IMG/VR virus record: IMGVR_UViG_3300031344_000002 | Coordinates: 154,382 to 218,381 of that record | Strand: one strand, 5' to 3' | DNA length: 64,000 nucleotides | Shown: positions 20,908 to 33,867 of the stretch, in pieces | How the letters are laid out: the number at the start of each line of letters is the position of its first letter | Position numbering within the stretch: the first letter of the stretch is position 1 | The notes under the pieces: generated by a model | Database searches by the model: none | What the model was told of the DNA's origin: nothing | Seen by the model: the letters and a program-made list of their open reading frames with translations, nothing else | Position numbers and translations under genes: made by a program

Positions 20908-23900
20908 TTGAATTTATTTAAAAAATTAAAACATATGAATTTTATCACATCACATATTATATTAACACTAATTTTAATATTATATTTAATTGGTGTTATT
21001 TATTCGTATTATTACTTCAATAAAGAAGTTAGGAAAGAAATAATACTTTTATCAACACGAAATTATTTTGGTTTAATAATTATTTCATTATTAAGTTGGT
21101 TTTCATTAATTATTGAAAAATATAGTAAATATAAAACAAATGAATATGATTAAACAAAGTAATTCAGGTATGGTAAATTATAATACTGATTTAAGTACTG
21201 CAATTAATACACCAATAATAACCATTGAAGAAGTGTTACAACAACAATCCAAACCCGATGGTTGGATTTGCCTTGATTGTATTCATCATGATGGTAATTT
21301 AAAGTGTGAGAAAAATATGTTTATATCCTTTGTTGGTTGTTATACAAAGGATTGTCAAACTTTTAAAGAAAAAATTTAATATTTAAAATAATGGAAGAAG
21401 TAAAAAATGAAATCGATGCTCTAATTCAACAGAAAGAAAAAGAAATTAAGATTTGGCAAGATATGTTGAACGAAACCAAATTTGAAGGACTTACAGTAAT
21501 GTATAAAATTATGTACGAATTACATATATCTCAAACTAAAGATATAATTGAAATTCTTAAAATTTTAAAAGAAAAGTAATGAAAAAACAAAAATTAGAAG
21601 CATCTAATTCGATTATTATTGATGCTGGAATAGATGTATGGAAACCAACAAATAATCTTAGATTTGTGTATAAGGATATGAAATATCCAAAAGAACATTG
21701 GGTAGATGTTATAAGAGAAAAAACATTACAACAAATGTGGATTTCAAATTTAGGAAAAGTAGATTGGAGAGATATTGAACTTGTAAATATAGTTATTTAA
21801 TGATATCATAAAATTTTAAAAGCAAATGAAAAACAGCGAAATTCATCATGGTTTAGAAAAAAGTGAAATAAGAGATTTCCTTTCAATTGGATTGTTAAAA
21901 TTAAATAAAGAAGAAAGTGAAAATCAAAAAGAAAATGTATTATTGAAACACAATATTCTTCTTGATAGAGATGACTCATTTGAATGGTGCATAAATGATG
22001 CGAAAGCACAAATTATCTTCTTAGAAAAATATATTAGAATTAATAGAAGTAGACAAGCAATCATAACATTAATTAAAATGAATGGTTGGGAAGAATTTGA
22101 TGTAAGTGATTTAACAACTGAAACTGATACAATGTGTTTCATTGGTACTGCAGAAGAATATAATAAATTATTAAGTAAAATCGAAGATTTATATTCATAA
22201 ATAATGAAGAAAGTTTTATTAAATGGTAAGTTTGTTGATGCAACAATAATTGATGCAAATAAACATAAATTTATTGGTTTGTTTAGAACACCAACACAAC
22301 CCGATACATCATTTTTAAATGAAAATAATATAAAAGAATCTGCAGATATTTATGCTTGCCCATGTGGACAAATGCTATGGACAATTAATGGAATATTTAA
22401 CCATTGGAGAGATGGACATATGGATATACCGCAATATATTGATATTATATAAATTAAATAATAAATAATGCTACCTACGCCTATAATAAAAGAAATAATA
22501 TTTTCGGGAATTAAATTTTCTTACGAAAGTTATAATTATAAAAAAGCAAAAGCTGAAGTTGAAGCACTTAATACTATACAACCATCAACTCCATTTCCAC
22601 AAAATTTTTTTAAAATGGCTGGCATTCATGGTAATGGTATTCCTAATGAAATAAAGAAAAATCACGTGGTTTGGCGTACAGGTAAATTATGGGAAGTAAA
22701 ATTTAATCATACTGGTGATATTACTTCATTAAAAATTGGAAGATACTATGGTTATTTTAAAACTTTTTTTATATCTGAATTTGGTGTTAAATTTAAACCA
22801 TTATTATTTAAATCCGAGGATAAATATGATTTAATTAAACAAGGTCTAGCAATTGAAGAAACAATATAAATTAAAAATAATAAATATATGAAAAGAATGT
22901 TTAAATTTTCACTTAAATGGTTAATTATTCTTATAATGACATTTGGATTCTTAGCTATGTGTAACTGGTCATATCATCTGGCAAGTTGGAATGGTTTTTC
23001 AAGATTTATTCTTGGAACAGAAGGAATTTTATTTCTTCTTGATTTATTTCATGAACTATAAAAAATAAAATATTATGAACATATCTTATTTCAGCAAGTA
23101 TGAAGGTGAAGTAAAAACACTAATACTTAAAAAAAATCCATTATATTATGGATTAGGAAACTATACTGATATTAATGGAATTGTTTGGGATGTTATGTGT
23201 GTTTTTGGTGCAGGTGTATTTAATGATTGTAATAAACCAGTGATAAATGCACGACCAGTAACTGATATTCCATATTATTCTACAGCTACTAATGCAAATT
23301 CATATGGAATTCATGAATGGCTACCATATTATTTCGAAGTACAAGAAATTGGAGCAAAAGAACAAAAACCAACTATTTTTATTGGAGTTATTGCAAAAAA
23401 TATTAAAGATTTTATTAACTGGAAAGAAGAAAATCTTCATGTTGCAACACATAAAGATACACAAAGAATATATACTGTCGATAATACAACATATGTTTGT
23501 TTATCTTCTCCAAATCATTGTAAAGGTTATAGTTTTGATGAACTCAAGGAAACAAGTGCAGCATACCTTAATCCAAACTATCAAAAGATATTGGAATGTG
23601 TGAAACATAATCTTAAACCATCAAATGAATTTAAAATTTAATTATGGAAATAATTAAACAAACTAAATTTCTCATCTTTGTTCAACTAACACGTGATAAA
23701 GATAGAAAAACTGAAGTTGTTACAGTTAATAACAAACACCACAACATGACTATTGGTGTCATTAAATGGTATGGGAGTTGGCGACAATATTGTTTCTTTC
23801 CAAATGGTGAAACAATTTGGAATAAGGATTGTCTTGATGATATTAATTCAGTTATTCGGGATTTAATGAATTTAAAAAATAAGAAAAAATTAGAAAAATT

Positions 23901-25952
23901 ATGAGATATATATTTAGTGTTCTGGTATTATTAATTTACTTAATTATTATAGGAATTGGTATGTTTTTCTACATTATTTGGTATTTAAAATTACCAAAAC
24001 ATAAATATCGTGCAAAAATTATAAAAGAAGTAAAAAACTGGTTTTGATAATTTTAATTGAAATTAGATATTTTTTGTAACATATTTAAATATTTTTCGTA
24101 TTATTGCATAATATTTAATTTAAAATAAAAATATATTATAATGAAAAAACTTGATATTCAATACGATTTAAAGCCAAATGGTGCTGTTATTCGAATAAAT
24201 AATTACAGTGGTTGCATATTTAGAATATGTAGAATACCTAAAGAACTTGTCTTTGATGAAAATGGTAATGTTAAAGAATTTATTGATTTAGCTTATCCAC
24301 AATCAAAAGTTATTAAAGAAGATTTAGAAAATAACATTTCTAAGTGTAAAGAAAATGACTCATATCAAACTGATAGTGGTATATATTTGTTTTATATATG
24401 ACAATAAAACATAAATGTGAGGATAAGACTATTTCAAATAAAGCAACATTTGAAACAGTTAGAACCAGTCATATCATGAAAATTTTAATTATGATGGTGA
24501 TGGCTGGTCATATTGGGATGAAACAACGTTTTATGTAAAAAATTGTAAAAATTGTGGTGAATCACATACAATAGAGGAAGAAGAATTATTATGAAAATAG
24601 AACGCAAAGGATTTGTTCAAGCCATGAATGGTGAAGAACTTTGGGTGAATACTGAACAAGATGAAATGGTTAAATTTGTTGTAAAAGATAATAATCTGAG
24701 GTGGAAATTATATTGTGCTCATGTAAAAGTAACTATAGAAATTATTGATTAAATGGAAAAACCAGTAGTTAATGAAGTTTTTACAGATAATGGAGAACAT
24801 AGTCATTGGAATTTGATTGATGCTGAAACAGGTGAAAATCTGTGGTCTGAATTTCCAGAAGAAGATTTAGCAAGAGGTCATCCAGTAAAATCATTCGAAT
24901 ATGGTGATGAAAAATTAAAAATAAATAACACTAGTATTGAAAAAAAACTTGGACGTAGATATTATAGAGATTGGATTCAAAAACTAGCATGGGAAGAAGA
25001 AGATTAATAATTAAAATATAAAATGATGAAAACTGTAGTTCAATTAATACTTATGATAGTTATTATAATTATCTTATCAATACTTGTTAATATATTTAAG
25101 TTTGAAACTATTGTAATTGGTGCTTTAGGAGTAATAATTTCAAAAATGATTGTAAATGAAATCTGGAAACAATAAAGTTGTAAAAAAATACTTACTTAAT
25201 TTAATTGATTATGATTTACGTAAGTTACGTACTGCAATAAATTTTCTTTTGTTAAAAATAAAAGAAAATCCTGATGATACTTATTGGATAAAAAGAAAAG
25301 ATACTACAACAAAAAAATTACAAACAAGAGAAAAATATTATCAGAAAATATTAAATGAAAAATATTTTGCGCAAAATATGAAGAAAGCAAAGACTTCAAT
25401 AAGGATTGATAAAACAATTGAACAATTAGAAAAAGAAATTGATGATTTATCCACTAAGTTAATTGATTTAACCTTTGAATTAAATTATAATAAAGAAAAG
25501 GAATTACTTGAATTGGTAAGAGAAATTTATAAAAGCATAAATGAAGAACTTGTTTGTAAAGAAAGTAGACTAACAAAAAAACAAATTCTAATGAATATTA
25601 AAAGATATTTGGAAGAATTTGCAAAAAATACTAAACTAAAATTATGAAAATTTTAATTACAAATTGTAGCGGTGAATATTATTGGTATGGAAATGATATT
25701 GGAAAAACATTTGAACTTGTCTCAAATCAAATTTGTTTTAAAGGTGTAAAACATCAAGTAATTAAATCAGGTTTTTTAGAATATTTCGTTGATTATAACG
25801 ATGCTAAAGTTATAGATGAAGTTGATATGAATCATGAAGTATTGCTTGATTCAAATTTTATGTATTGGCTAATGACAAATAAAAACTCGACTTGGATTAG
25901 TTTAATCGAAGATATAAAATTATACAAATTAATTAATAATTTAAAATCATGA
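20908..25952 (+). CDS. Run of small and medium hypotheticals (20908 to 25644 starts in the ORF track)
   Basis: Dense co-oriented ORFs; no motif recognised. Confidence 0.6.
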
Positions 25953-27079
25953 AAACATTAAAAATTGAAATTGGCGATAGGATTAGAATAAATAGTAATC
26001 CTAATATATGGTCTGGTTCTGCTGGCGGTCAATATCCGGGAAATTTAAAGTACCCCGTAGAGGGTGTTGTTAAAAATAAAAAACAGTGTTCCGAACCTAA
26101 TTTTATTGCTATTTGTATAACAATAGATGGTGTAGATTATGGTTTTAGTGATGATGAACTTTTTCCAGTTTGTGAATTACTACCTAAATTCGACAAACTC
26201 CCAGAAGAATACATAGTTGAATGTAAGAATCAGGAAGAAACAAGAAAGATAGTGAATGAATTAAACTATGAATATCGTTGGAGTTATTGGAGTTATGTTA
26301 TAAAATCTAATAAATTTGATGGGGATGATAATGTTGCTCTTCAAAATTCAATTGGTTCGAAATTTATTCATCTTCCAGTTTTAACATTCCAAGAATGGGA
26401 AGAATTATATTATACTACCTCGGTAAATCCTGCCAATAAAAATGTTGATTTGGATTGTGACCCAAATTCTGCTAATAAAATAGCTGATTTGTATTGTAAA
26501 CCAAATACTGCCAATAAAATAAAAGAAGCTGATTATTATAAATTAAAAGAAAATCTTGAGCTTGCGCTTAGTAAGGTTAACGAAACTTTAAAAAATATAA
26601 AACCTAAATATGAAGTAAATGATATTGTTACTTGTTTACCAAAATTTCAAAATGGTAATTATTCTTATGATAAAGATATGGGAGGGTGCGGATATGAAAA
26701 GGGTTTAACATTTAAAATTGGTAAAATAACTGAAACAAATAAAGATTATAATGTTTTATGGTTTGGTCATAATAATAATGGTGTTTATGATTATGCTGTT
26801 CGCTATGCTACATTAGAAGAAATAGAAACATTTAATAAACAAAATATTACTATTTCTGGTTATAATGCCGATATATATAGAGACAAAAAATTTGTTAAAT
26901 TCGGTTGTAAATCAATAACATTAAAAGAACTAGAAGCGGTTTTAACTGTGATAGAATTAAACAAAAAATTTGAATTTGCTTTTTTGGTTGGTTCACATAA
27001 TATCAAACCCTCAACAGGGAATGAATTTGAACAAGTTTCAAAGGAAACCATTGAAAAACTCATTAATTTAATTAAATAA
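25949..27079 (+). CDS. Modular hypothetical protein, 376 aa
   Basis: C-terminal module (ITISGY...VKFGCKSITL...ELNKK) shared with 48990..50066. Confidence 0.75.
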   Translation: MKTLKIEIGDRIRINSNPNIWSGSAGGQYPGNLKYPVEGVVKNKKQCSEPNFIAICITIDGVDYGFSDDELFPVCELLPKFDKLPEEYIVECKNQEETRKIVNELNYEYRWSYWSYVIKSNKFDGDDNVALQNSIGSKFIHLPVLTFQEWEELYYTTSVNPANKNVDLDCDPNSANKIADLYCKPNTANKIKEADYYKLKENLELALSKVNETLKNIKPKYEVNDIVTCLPKFQNGNYSYDKDMGGCGYEKGLTFKIGKITETNKDYNVLWFGHNNNGVYDYAVRYATLEEIETFNKQNITISGYNADIYRDKKFVKFGCKSITLKELEAVLTVIELNKKFEFAFLVGSHNIKPSTGNEFEQVSKETIEKLINLIK

Positions 27080-27083
27080 TATT

Positions 27084-28678
27084 ATGAAATACTATAATGG
27101 TGACATGGATGAAAAAATGTTCTTAAGATATGTTGAATCACATAGCGAATCAGAACGAGCATTATTTTCTAAAGCAATGGTTGCGGAAATATGTGAACTT
27201 AATGATGACCACGAAACAGCCGAAGCAGTTTCAAACGGAATTAAAGAATGGTTTAGTATTGATATGAGGGAAGATGTAAAAGAAATTCGTGCAAAGAAAA
27301 AAGTTATTGAAAAACAATGTGATGTAAAGGAAGAAATGAAAGAAGAAATGAAAGAAGAAATGTATTATATCCAAAATGGATATGTGGGCAATGCAATACT
27401 TTGGTGGGCAATAAATTCTAAAGGCTATACAACTGATTTAACTAATGCAGGTAAATATACTAAAGAACAAGCCGAAAAAATCATTGAAAGACCACAAGAT
27501 ATTGCATGGAAATGTTCTTATGTTGATAATTGTATAGATGCCCAGAAATTAATTATTGATGGGCAGTATCTTGATGGCAAATATAAACTTGTTGGTAAAA
27601 TTAAATAATTATAAAATGAAAAATCAGGTAATTGAAGTGTTAAATTTAGAACACGGACAGAAAGTAATCAAATACTGGAAAAGTAAGGGTGTGAAGAATG
27701 CATCAGCATTTTTGGGTACTTATACTAAAGAAGCTGGGGAATCTCATCGTTATTATGGTATAATTAATAATCATTTTAGTAATTATTCAGAAAACACAGT
27801 AAGACAATATAATGCTGAAATTATAACATTACTAACATTTCCTAGAAAAATGTTAGTGTGGGATTATCATGAAAAGAATGCAATAGAAAAAATTGTAATA
27901 CGTGATTTAGGTGTAAAAGTTAAGAATCGTTATATAGCTGTTAATACTTTTAATGTTGAGGATTACGAAGAAGGGAATAAATTTTCAGTTACTACTTGGA
28001 ATTATGCTAAAGAACTTTCCAAAATAAATAGTAAAAAACAAGAATTATTAAATAAAGCTGACGAATTAATCCAAAATGCAAAAGAGTTAAAAGAACAAGC
28101 TGAGGAATTATGAACTATTTTCAAAAAATAAATGATTATGAAAATAAATTTTGAATATAAAGAAACTAAAATGATATTAGATTATGATAACGAAGGTTAT
28201 TTAAATCATATCACAAATTCTGAAACTGGTAAGAAAATGATGGTTGAATATACTCAATATGGGAGTGGTTATGAATTTACTCATAATAATGGATATGTTG
28301 CTATGGATATGTGTCATGCAGTTTATGTAAGAATAATGGAATTAGATTTATTCATTCCAAAATTCATTTTCATACCAAACAAAAAAGAATAATATGGACA
28401 GTATGTGCTTCAATTTAAGGATATTTAATATTCACATTCAAGTTTTTCGTAATTTTAAAATTAAACCAATATGTAAATGGTATGATTTGTGGATAGGGGT
28501 ATTCATAGACACTAATAAATGTTGTACATACATATTTTTATTACCAACATTAGGAATACAACTAATTGGTTTTAGATTGGTTGTTAATCAAAAATATTCA
28601 TTTAAGAAAGATTCAATAATACGATTGATTCAATGTGGTAACAACTATTATCCAATGCAAGATTATAATAATATATAA
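27084..28678 (+). CDS. Hypotheticals (27084..27608 with KEEM x3; ~27616..28113; 28132..28392; 28394..28678)
   Basis: Packed co-oriented ORFs. Confidence 0.6.
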
Positions 28679-28853
28679 AAATAAAAATTATTAATATAAT
28701 GAGAAAAGTTAAGATTTTTTTTATTAAATTTGCATATTATTATGCTAAGAAAAATTATGAACACCATGAAGTTTTTCATTCTGAAAGAGAATGGATATTA
28801 TTTAAATGGTATTTGTTGAGAAAAATAATTAAAATTAATGAAAAAAATTTAAT

Positions 28854-29885
28854 ATGAAAAGAAAAGAATGGCGGGAAAATTCCGAAGTAAGAGAAGAAAA
28901 ACCAGCAATTATATTTGAAGAAGATGCAGAAAGAAAATCAACTACATCTGATAATTATTGCGAATGGATTGAATCAAAAAATAATAATTATATTCCAACA
29001 TCTCCATTAATAATTAGAAAAAAATTACCTGCAGGAATTTATGATATTAGTTGGGATGGTGAGAGACATGTTTATATTTTCAACAAACAAAAACTTGAAT
29101 TGGATGAATTATTAAATCTACCAAATCCATTATTTAAACAAATTTTAAATGATATGGAATATTTCTGGGACAATGAAGATAAATTCAAGAAATATAAATT
29201 TGCATATAAAAGAGGCATTTTACTTCACGGTCCAGCAGGAAATGGTAAAACATGTTTAAGTGCATTATTAACTCAAATGATAATAGATACTAAACAAGGT
29301 GTTGTTTTTTCCATTAAATCAACAAGAGACTTAGAAAATTACTTTGATGCAGTTACTAAATTTTTTAGAATAATAGAAGAACATACACCAATCTTAACAA
29401 TTATTGAAGACCTTGATGGATTACTCGAATATCAAGAAAATGAAACGAGGCTGTTAAACATACTTGATGGGTTTTATCAATCACAAAACATTGTTTATCT
29501 CGGTTGCACAAATTATCCTGAAAAATTAAAAGATAGAATATTAAATCGACCCTCAAGATTTGATAAACGATATTATATCGGTAATCCTGAAGCAAGTGTT
29601 AGAAAATTTTATTTTGAACATAAAATAAAGGGTGATGATTTAAAAAAAATTAATATTCAAGAAATGGTCGATAATACTGAAGGTCTATCATTATCACATT
29701 TGGGTGAATTAATTAAGTCTGTTTTTATTTTTGGTAAAAATATAGATGAATCAATTCAAGAATTAAAAAATATGGGCAAGTTTATTTCTAGTACAAAATA
29801 TAATGATAAACCCACAGGATTTACAGCAGGTATTTCAAAAGCAGCAAGTATTTCAAAAGCAGTAGATAAAATAAATGATAAATAA
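28854..29885 (+). CDS. AAA+ ATPase
   Basis: GILLHGPAGNGKT, IIEDLD, LLNILDG, TNYPEKL, RPSRFD. Confidence 0.9.
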   Translation: MKRKEWRENSEVREEKPAIIFEEDAERKSTTSDNYCEWIESKNNNYIPTSPLIIRKKLPAGIYDISWDGERHVYIFNKQKLELDELLNLPNPLFKQILNDMEYFWDNEDKFKKYKFAYKRGILLHGPAGNGKTCLSALLTQMIIDTKQGVVFSIKSTRDLENYFDAVTKFFRIIEEHTPILTIIEDLDGLLEYQENETRLLNILDGFYQSQNIVYLGCTNYPEKLKDRILNRPSRFDKRYYIGNPEASVRKFYFEHKIKGDDLKKINIQEMVDNTEGLSLSHLGELIKSVFIFGKNIDESIQELKNMGKFISSTKYNDKPTGFTAGISKAASISKAVDKINDK

Positions 29886-29891
29886 ATAGAA

Positions 29892-30803
29892 ATGAGAAAT
29901 ATTATAATTGAAAAAATAAGTGAATTAATTAACTTGACTAATGAAAACGATGAAGTTAGTGTTAAATTGATATTGTGTTCATTAAAAGGTGCAATATTGG
30001 CAAATGACGATGAATTACTTGCTAATATGGTTGGTGAATTTACTAAAAATGTATTATTGCCAAGGCTAGTTCAAAAACAAAATGAACATTTAAGTAGAAA
30101 TAATTAATTAAAATTAATGTTATGTTAAAATACGCATATTTATACAAAGAAAAAATACAAAAATTATTAACAATGAATGTTGTTACTGATAGATGTAAAT
30201 ATTATCAATTAGGGGGATATGTTAGATTTGAGACCGAAATTGATGATAATAATTACTATAAAGACCAATATGTATCTATTGATGCAAATAATAACATTAT
30301 GGGTTATTTATGTGCTTATATAGATAGACCAATAAATAATGTTAGTCAAATTGCTGCAATGTCATTTCCTGATTGGAATAATTGTAATAAAAGTATTTGG
30401 ATAGAAGATAAACACGAGTTTTTTCGTCTAATGTTAGAAAAACACAACAAAATTAAATTTTCAACATTGGTTGGAAGTAATGGCGAAAAAATGTGGGATG
30501 CATTGGTTGAAAAAATGAATGGCAGAATCGTGGGAATATTTAAAAATGATGAAATGAATACTGAAGGCAAGATTTTCGACCAAAAATGGTATGAAATATT
30601 AAAATAAATATAATATAATGAAAACATTTTGGATTATTTATGGAATAATTGCTTTAATAAATGGAATATGGGCAATTAAAATGCAAAAGAAATATCATCC
30701 ATTATCTATGGAATGGTGGCGAATAACATTAGTATTTGTATTAAATAGCATTGGATTTCCAATTACTATTCCATTGGCAATTTATTTTAAAAAACTTTGG
30801 TAA
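29892..30803 (+). CDS. Hypotheticals (29892..30107; 30122..30607 possibly GNAT-like; 30618..30803 membrane)
   Basis: Packed ORFs; fold guess is weak. Confidence 0.55.
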
Positions 30804-30805
30804 TA

Positions 30806-31242
30806 TGAGAAATAGATACACAATTGGAATATATTTTGATTCTTCTTTAAAGAAAGTGGCATTAATTCTTAAAAGAAGACCAGAATGGCAAGTAGGTAAT
30901 TATAATTTTCCCGGTGGACATATAGAAGAAAACGAAAATGGTTATGCCTGTGTAATTCGTGAGTTTAAAGAAGAGTGTGATATTAATACAATTACTTCTG
31001 ATTGGCGTTATATTGGTATTATTAAAGGTGATGATTATACTGTTGAAATTTTTACTGCGCTTCATGGTTTAAAACACGGTAATTTAACCACAATAACAGA
31101 TGAACTTGTAACTTGGGTTAATATTAATGAAATACCTAATAATATAGTACCAAATGTATCATGGTTATTACCATTTGCAATTAATTATTGGAATGATAAA
31201 AATTTAAAATTTGGAACTTTTGAATATAATGAACTATTATAA
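30806..31242 (+). CDS. Nudix hydrolase
   Basis: NFPGGHIEENENGYACVIREFKEECDI; probable start ATG 30806. Confidence 0.85.
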
Positions 31243-32207
31243 ATAATTAAAACTATGAAATTAAAAGAAGCAATGTCGATTATCAATGAAAAAGAAAAAG
31301 GTTTTATGGTAAGTTTTGAAAAAAGAAATGGCGGTATTTTATCGAATGACCATTTTCCAGATAAGCATGCTGGTGAAGGTTTAATAACAACTGAAAAATA
31401 TGCGTGGGAATTAGCAGAAAGATTTGCAAAAGCTACTGATGATACTTATGTGAATATTTATGTTATTGATAATAATTTTTCGCCTGTAATAGGATATGAA
31501 GGAAGATTATTGAAAAAATATTAATAATTGACCTAAAGAAAATTTATAATGAAAATCGAATATAATAAAGCAATTGAAGTAAACAAGGAACAATATGATT
31601 TCTTGGTTAGAGAATTTTCTGGCATTATTGCACATAGTAGAAAGCATGATGGAAAAGATGGTTATTTTATTTTTGTGTGGATAATGAAATATGCTTCAAT
31701 AATTGAGCAATTTATCGAAAAAACTGCAAGAGGCATCCATATCACAACTCAATAAAATGATATAATTGTCATGAAAAAGAATATACAATATCATGTATCA
31801 TATAATTTCGATGCCCCAACATTAAAATTTGAATGTAATAATTGTGGTGAAAAATTGGAAATCAAATTTCCTGAAACAATGAAAGAATTATCTGAAATTG
31901 GTATAAGCAATCCTACTAAAGAATGCATTTCTTTCATAGAAAAACATGATAAATGTAAAAAGAAAAATAATGTTAAATTATTAAATAAAAGGAAATAAAA
32001 ATCATGTGGCGTTCATTAAAAAATAGTAGACCTCATGAAGGAATAAGAGTTAAGTTAAAACATATAATAACTGGAACTGGAGCACCTGAACGTGAAGGAT
32101 GGGAAAGTACCGGAATATATAAAAATGGAAACTGGATTATTAAACAAAATGAAACAGTAAAAATTGAACTCAAACCAACTCATTGGGACTGGATACCAAA
32201 ATAAATC

Positions 32208-32588
32208 ATGAAATTAATGTTTGTTGGAATGCATAATAAGATTGGTAAAATGCCTTTATGTAGTAGTACAAGGTCAGGGAAACTTATTGATAAAATTATC
32301 GATAAATTAAAACCAATTGAATGTATAAAAACAAATTTATATGATGTTGATTATCTTCCTAAAACTAATGAAGAAAAGTTTAGTTTAGCTGCTGAATGGC
32401 ATAATAGAATTGAACCAAAATTAAATGATATAATTGTTTTACTTGGTGCTGAAGTTCATAAAAACTATATTTTAATTTCAAGTAATAAAATTATAAAAAT
32501 TGCACATCCTAGTAGCAATAGAAGTCATGAAGCAATGAATAAATATGTTTCAAATACTGTCGAAAAAATAAATAAAATTTTATTATGA
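32208..32588 (+). CDS. Uracil-DNA glycosylase superfamily-like small protein
   Basis: LMFVG...SG.L...TNL...IVLLG...AHPS motif order. Confidence 0.5.
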   Translation: MKLMFVGMHNKIGKMPLCSSTRSGKLIDKIIDKLKPIECIKTNLYDVDYLPKTNEEKFSLAAEWHNRIEPKLNDIIVLLGAEVHKNYILISSNKIIKIAHPSSNRSHEAMNKYVSNTVEKINKILL

Positions 32589-32880
32589 AGGAAGAACAAA
32601 TACATTATCACAAACTAACTAATGGTGATATGGGAAGATTTTATTTTTATTCTCTGTGTAGAAAAAAACTAACATTACCTATCTATTACCCTAATTCCAC
32701 TAGTGTTCCAGAATATGTTACTTGCGAGAAATGTTTAAAAATGCTCAAACAAAAACATTTAATATGAAATTAATCAATGATAACAATAAAAAATAGTCAT
32801 AATTTATTGTTTATTATTGAAATTATTATTATATTTGCCGTTGAAATTGTTTATTATTAATTAACTAAATAAATTTTATT

Positions 32881-33798
32881 ATGAAAACACCTAAGTATGA
32901 CAATAATGTTTATAAAAAGAAACTTATTGAATGTCAATCACAACAATCAGCAACATTAGAAACTATAACTCCTGCAGTTGCTGCTCGTTATCTTGCTTCA
33001 AATTATATTGATAAAGAAAATCGAGTTAAAAACAGGGAATTGGATGATAAAACCATTGCTAGATACATGAATGATATTAAAAACGGTAGATGGGAAGTTG
33101 CAGAACCTATATTATTTGATAATCAAAATCGTTTAATTGATGGTCAGGGCAGATGTACTGCCGTAATAAAAACCCAAACACCTATTATTTCTTGGGTAAT
33201 AAGAGGATTATCACCAAATGCATTTGCTGTAATTGACTGTGGTAAAAAAAGAAGTCTTAAAGATAGTCTTACTACATTAATGATAGAAAATTCAGAAGGT
33301 CATTCACTATCACTTAGTAGTCCTGCACGTGTTGGAACTGCCATTAATATTATGCATAATATGAATAACAATTCTCCAAATATAGATAAAGATAGATATC
33401 TTACTACACCAGAAATTACTGAAATGGTAAGAAATGATTTTGATTTCTATGAAGAACCATTTCAATTTGGTGGTAAATCCAAAATTAAATTCTGGCAAAA
33501 AAGAATTAAATATTCAATTCCTGCAAGTTATTTTGCTGCATTTTATTATATGTATAAAAGAACTTATGGCGATACTACCGATGAATTTTTAAATGTTTTA
33601 ACTTCTAATGATAATACTACTCCAGTTATTGTCAGAAAATTCAGGGATGATGTTCTTGAAAATAAAAACAGAAATTCATTCGATAGAAAATATTTAAAAG
33701 CCAATGCAATTATGAAAAGAATCGAAGTACTCTTTTCATATTATGTGCAAGGTACTCTAAATCGAAAAAAAGAATTCACAAAGAAAGATTTAGAATAA
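32881..33798 (+). CDS. ParB/Srx N-terminal-like domain protein
   Basis: ITPAVAARYL..N..NR.L....I.RYMNDI..G.W...PI.FD....LIDGQGR..A. Confidence 0.6.
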   Translation: MKTPKYDNNVYKKKLIECQSQQSATLETITPAVAARYLASNYIDKENRVKNRELDDKTIARYMNDIKNGRWEVAEPILFDNQNRLIDGQGRCTAVIKTQTPIISWVIRGLSPNAFAVIDCGKKRSLKDSLTTLMIENSEGHSLSLSSPARVGTAINIMHNMNNNSPNIDKDRYLTTPEITEMVRNDFDFYEEPFQFGGKSKIKFWQKRIKYSIPASYFAAFYYMYKRTYGDTTDEFLNVLTSNDNTTPVIVRKFRDDVLENKNRNSFDRKYLKANAIMKRIEVLFSYYVQGTLNRKKEFTKKDLE

Positions 33799-33807
33799 AA
33801 TGAAATT

Positions 33808-33841
33808 ATTAAAGGCATTATTTAATTATAATGCCTTTAAT
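33808..33841 (+). terminator. Perfect 13-bp inverted repeat, terminator-like
   Basis: ATTAAAGGCATTA...TAATGCCTTTAAT. Confidence 0.6.
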
Positions 33842-33867
33842 TTATAAATAAATTAATCTTAAAAGTT

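Noticed and set aside
27329-27364. AAAGAAGAAATG x3 (KEEM repeats)
   Set aside because: Short coding slippage repeat with no spacer structure.
29829-29864. 18-bp direct duplication at the end of the AAA+ gene (ISKAAS/ISKAVD)
   Set aside because: Simple local duplication in a low-complexity tail.
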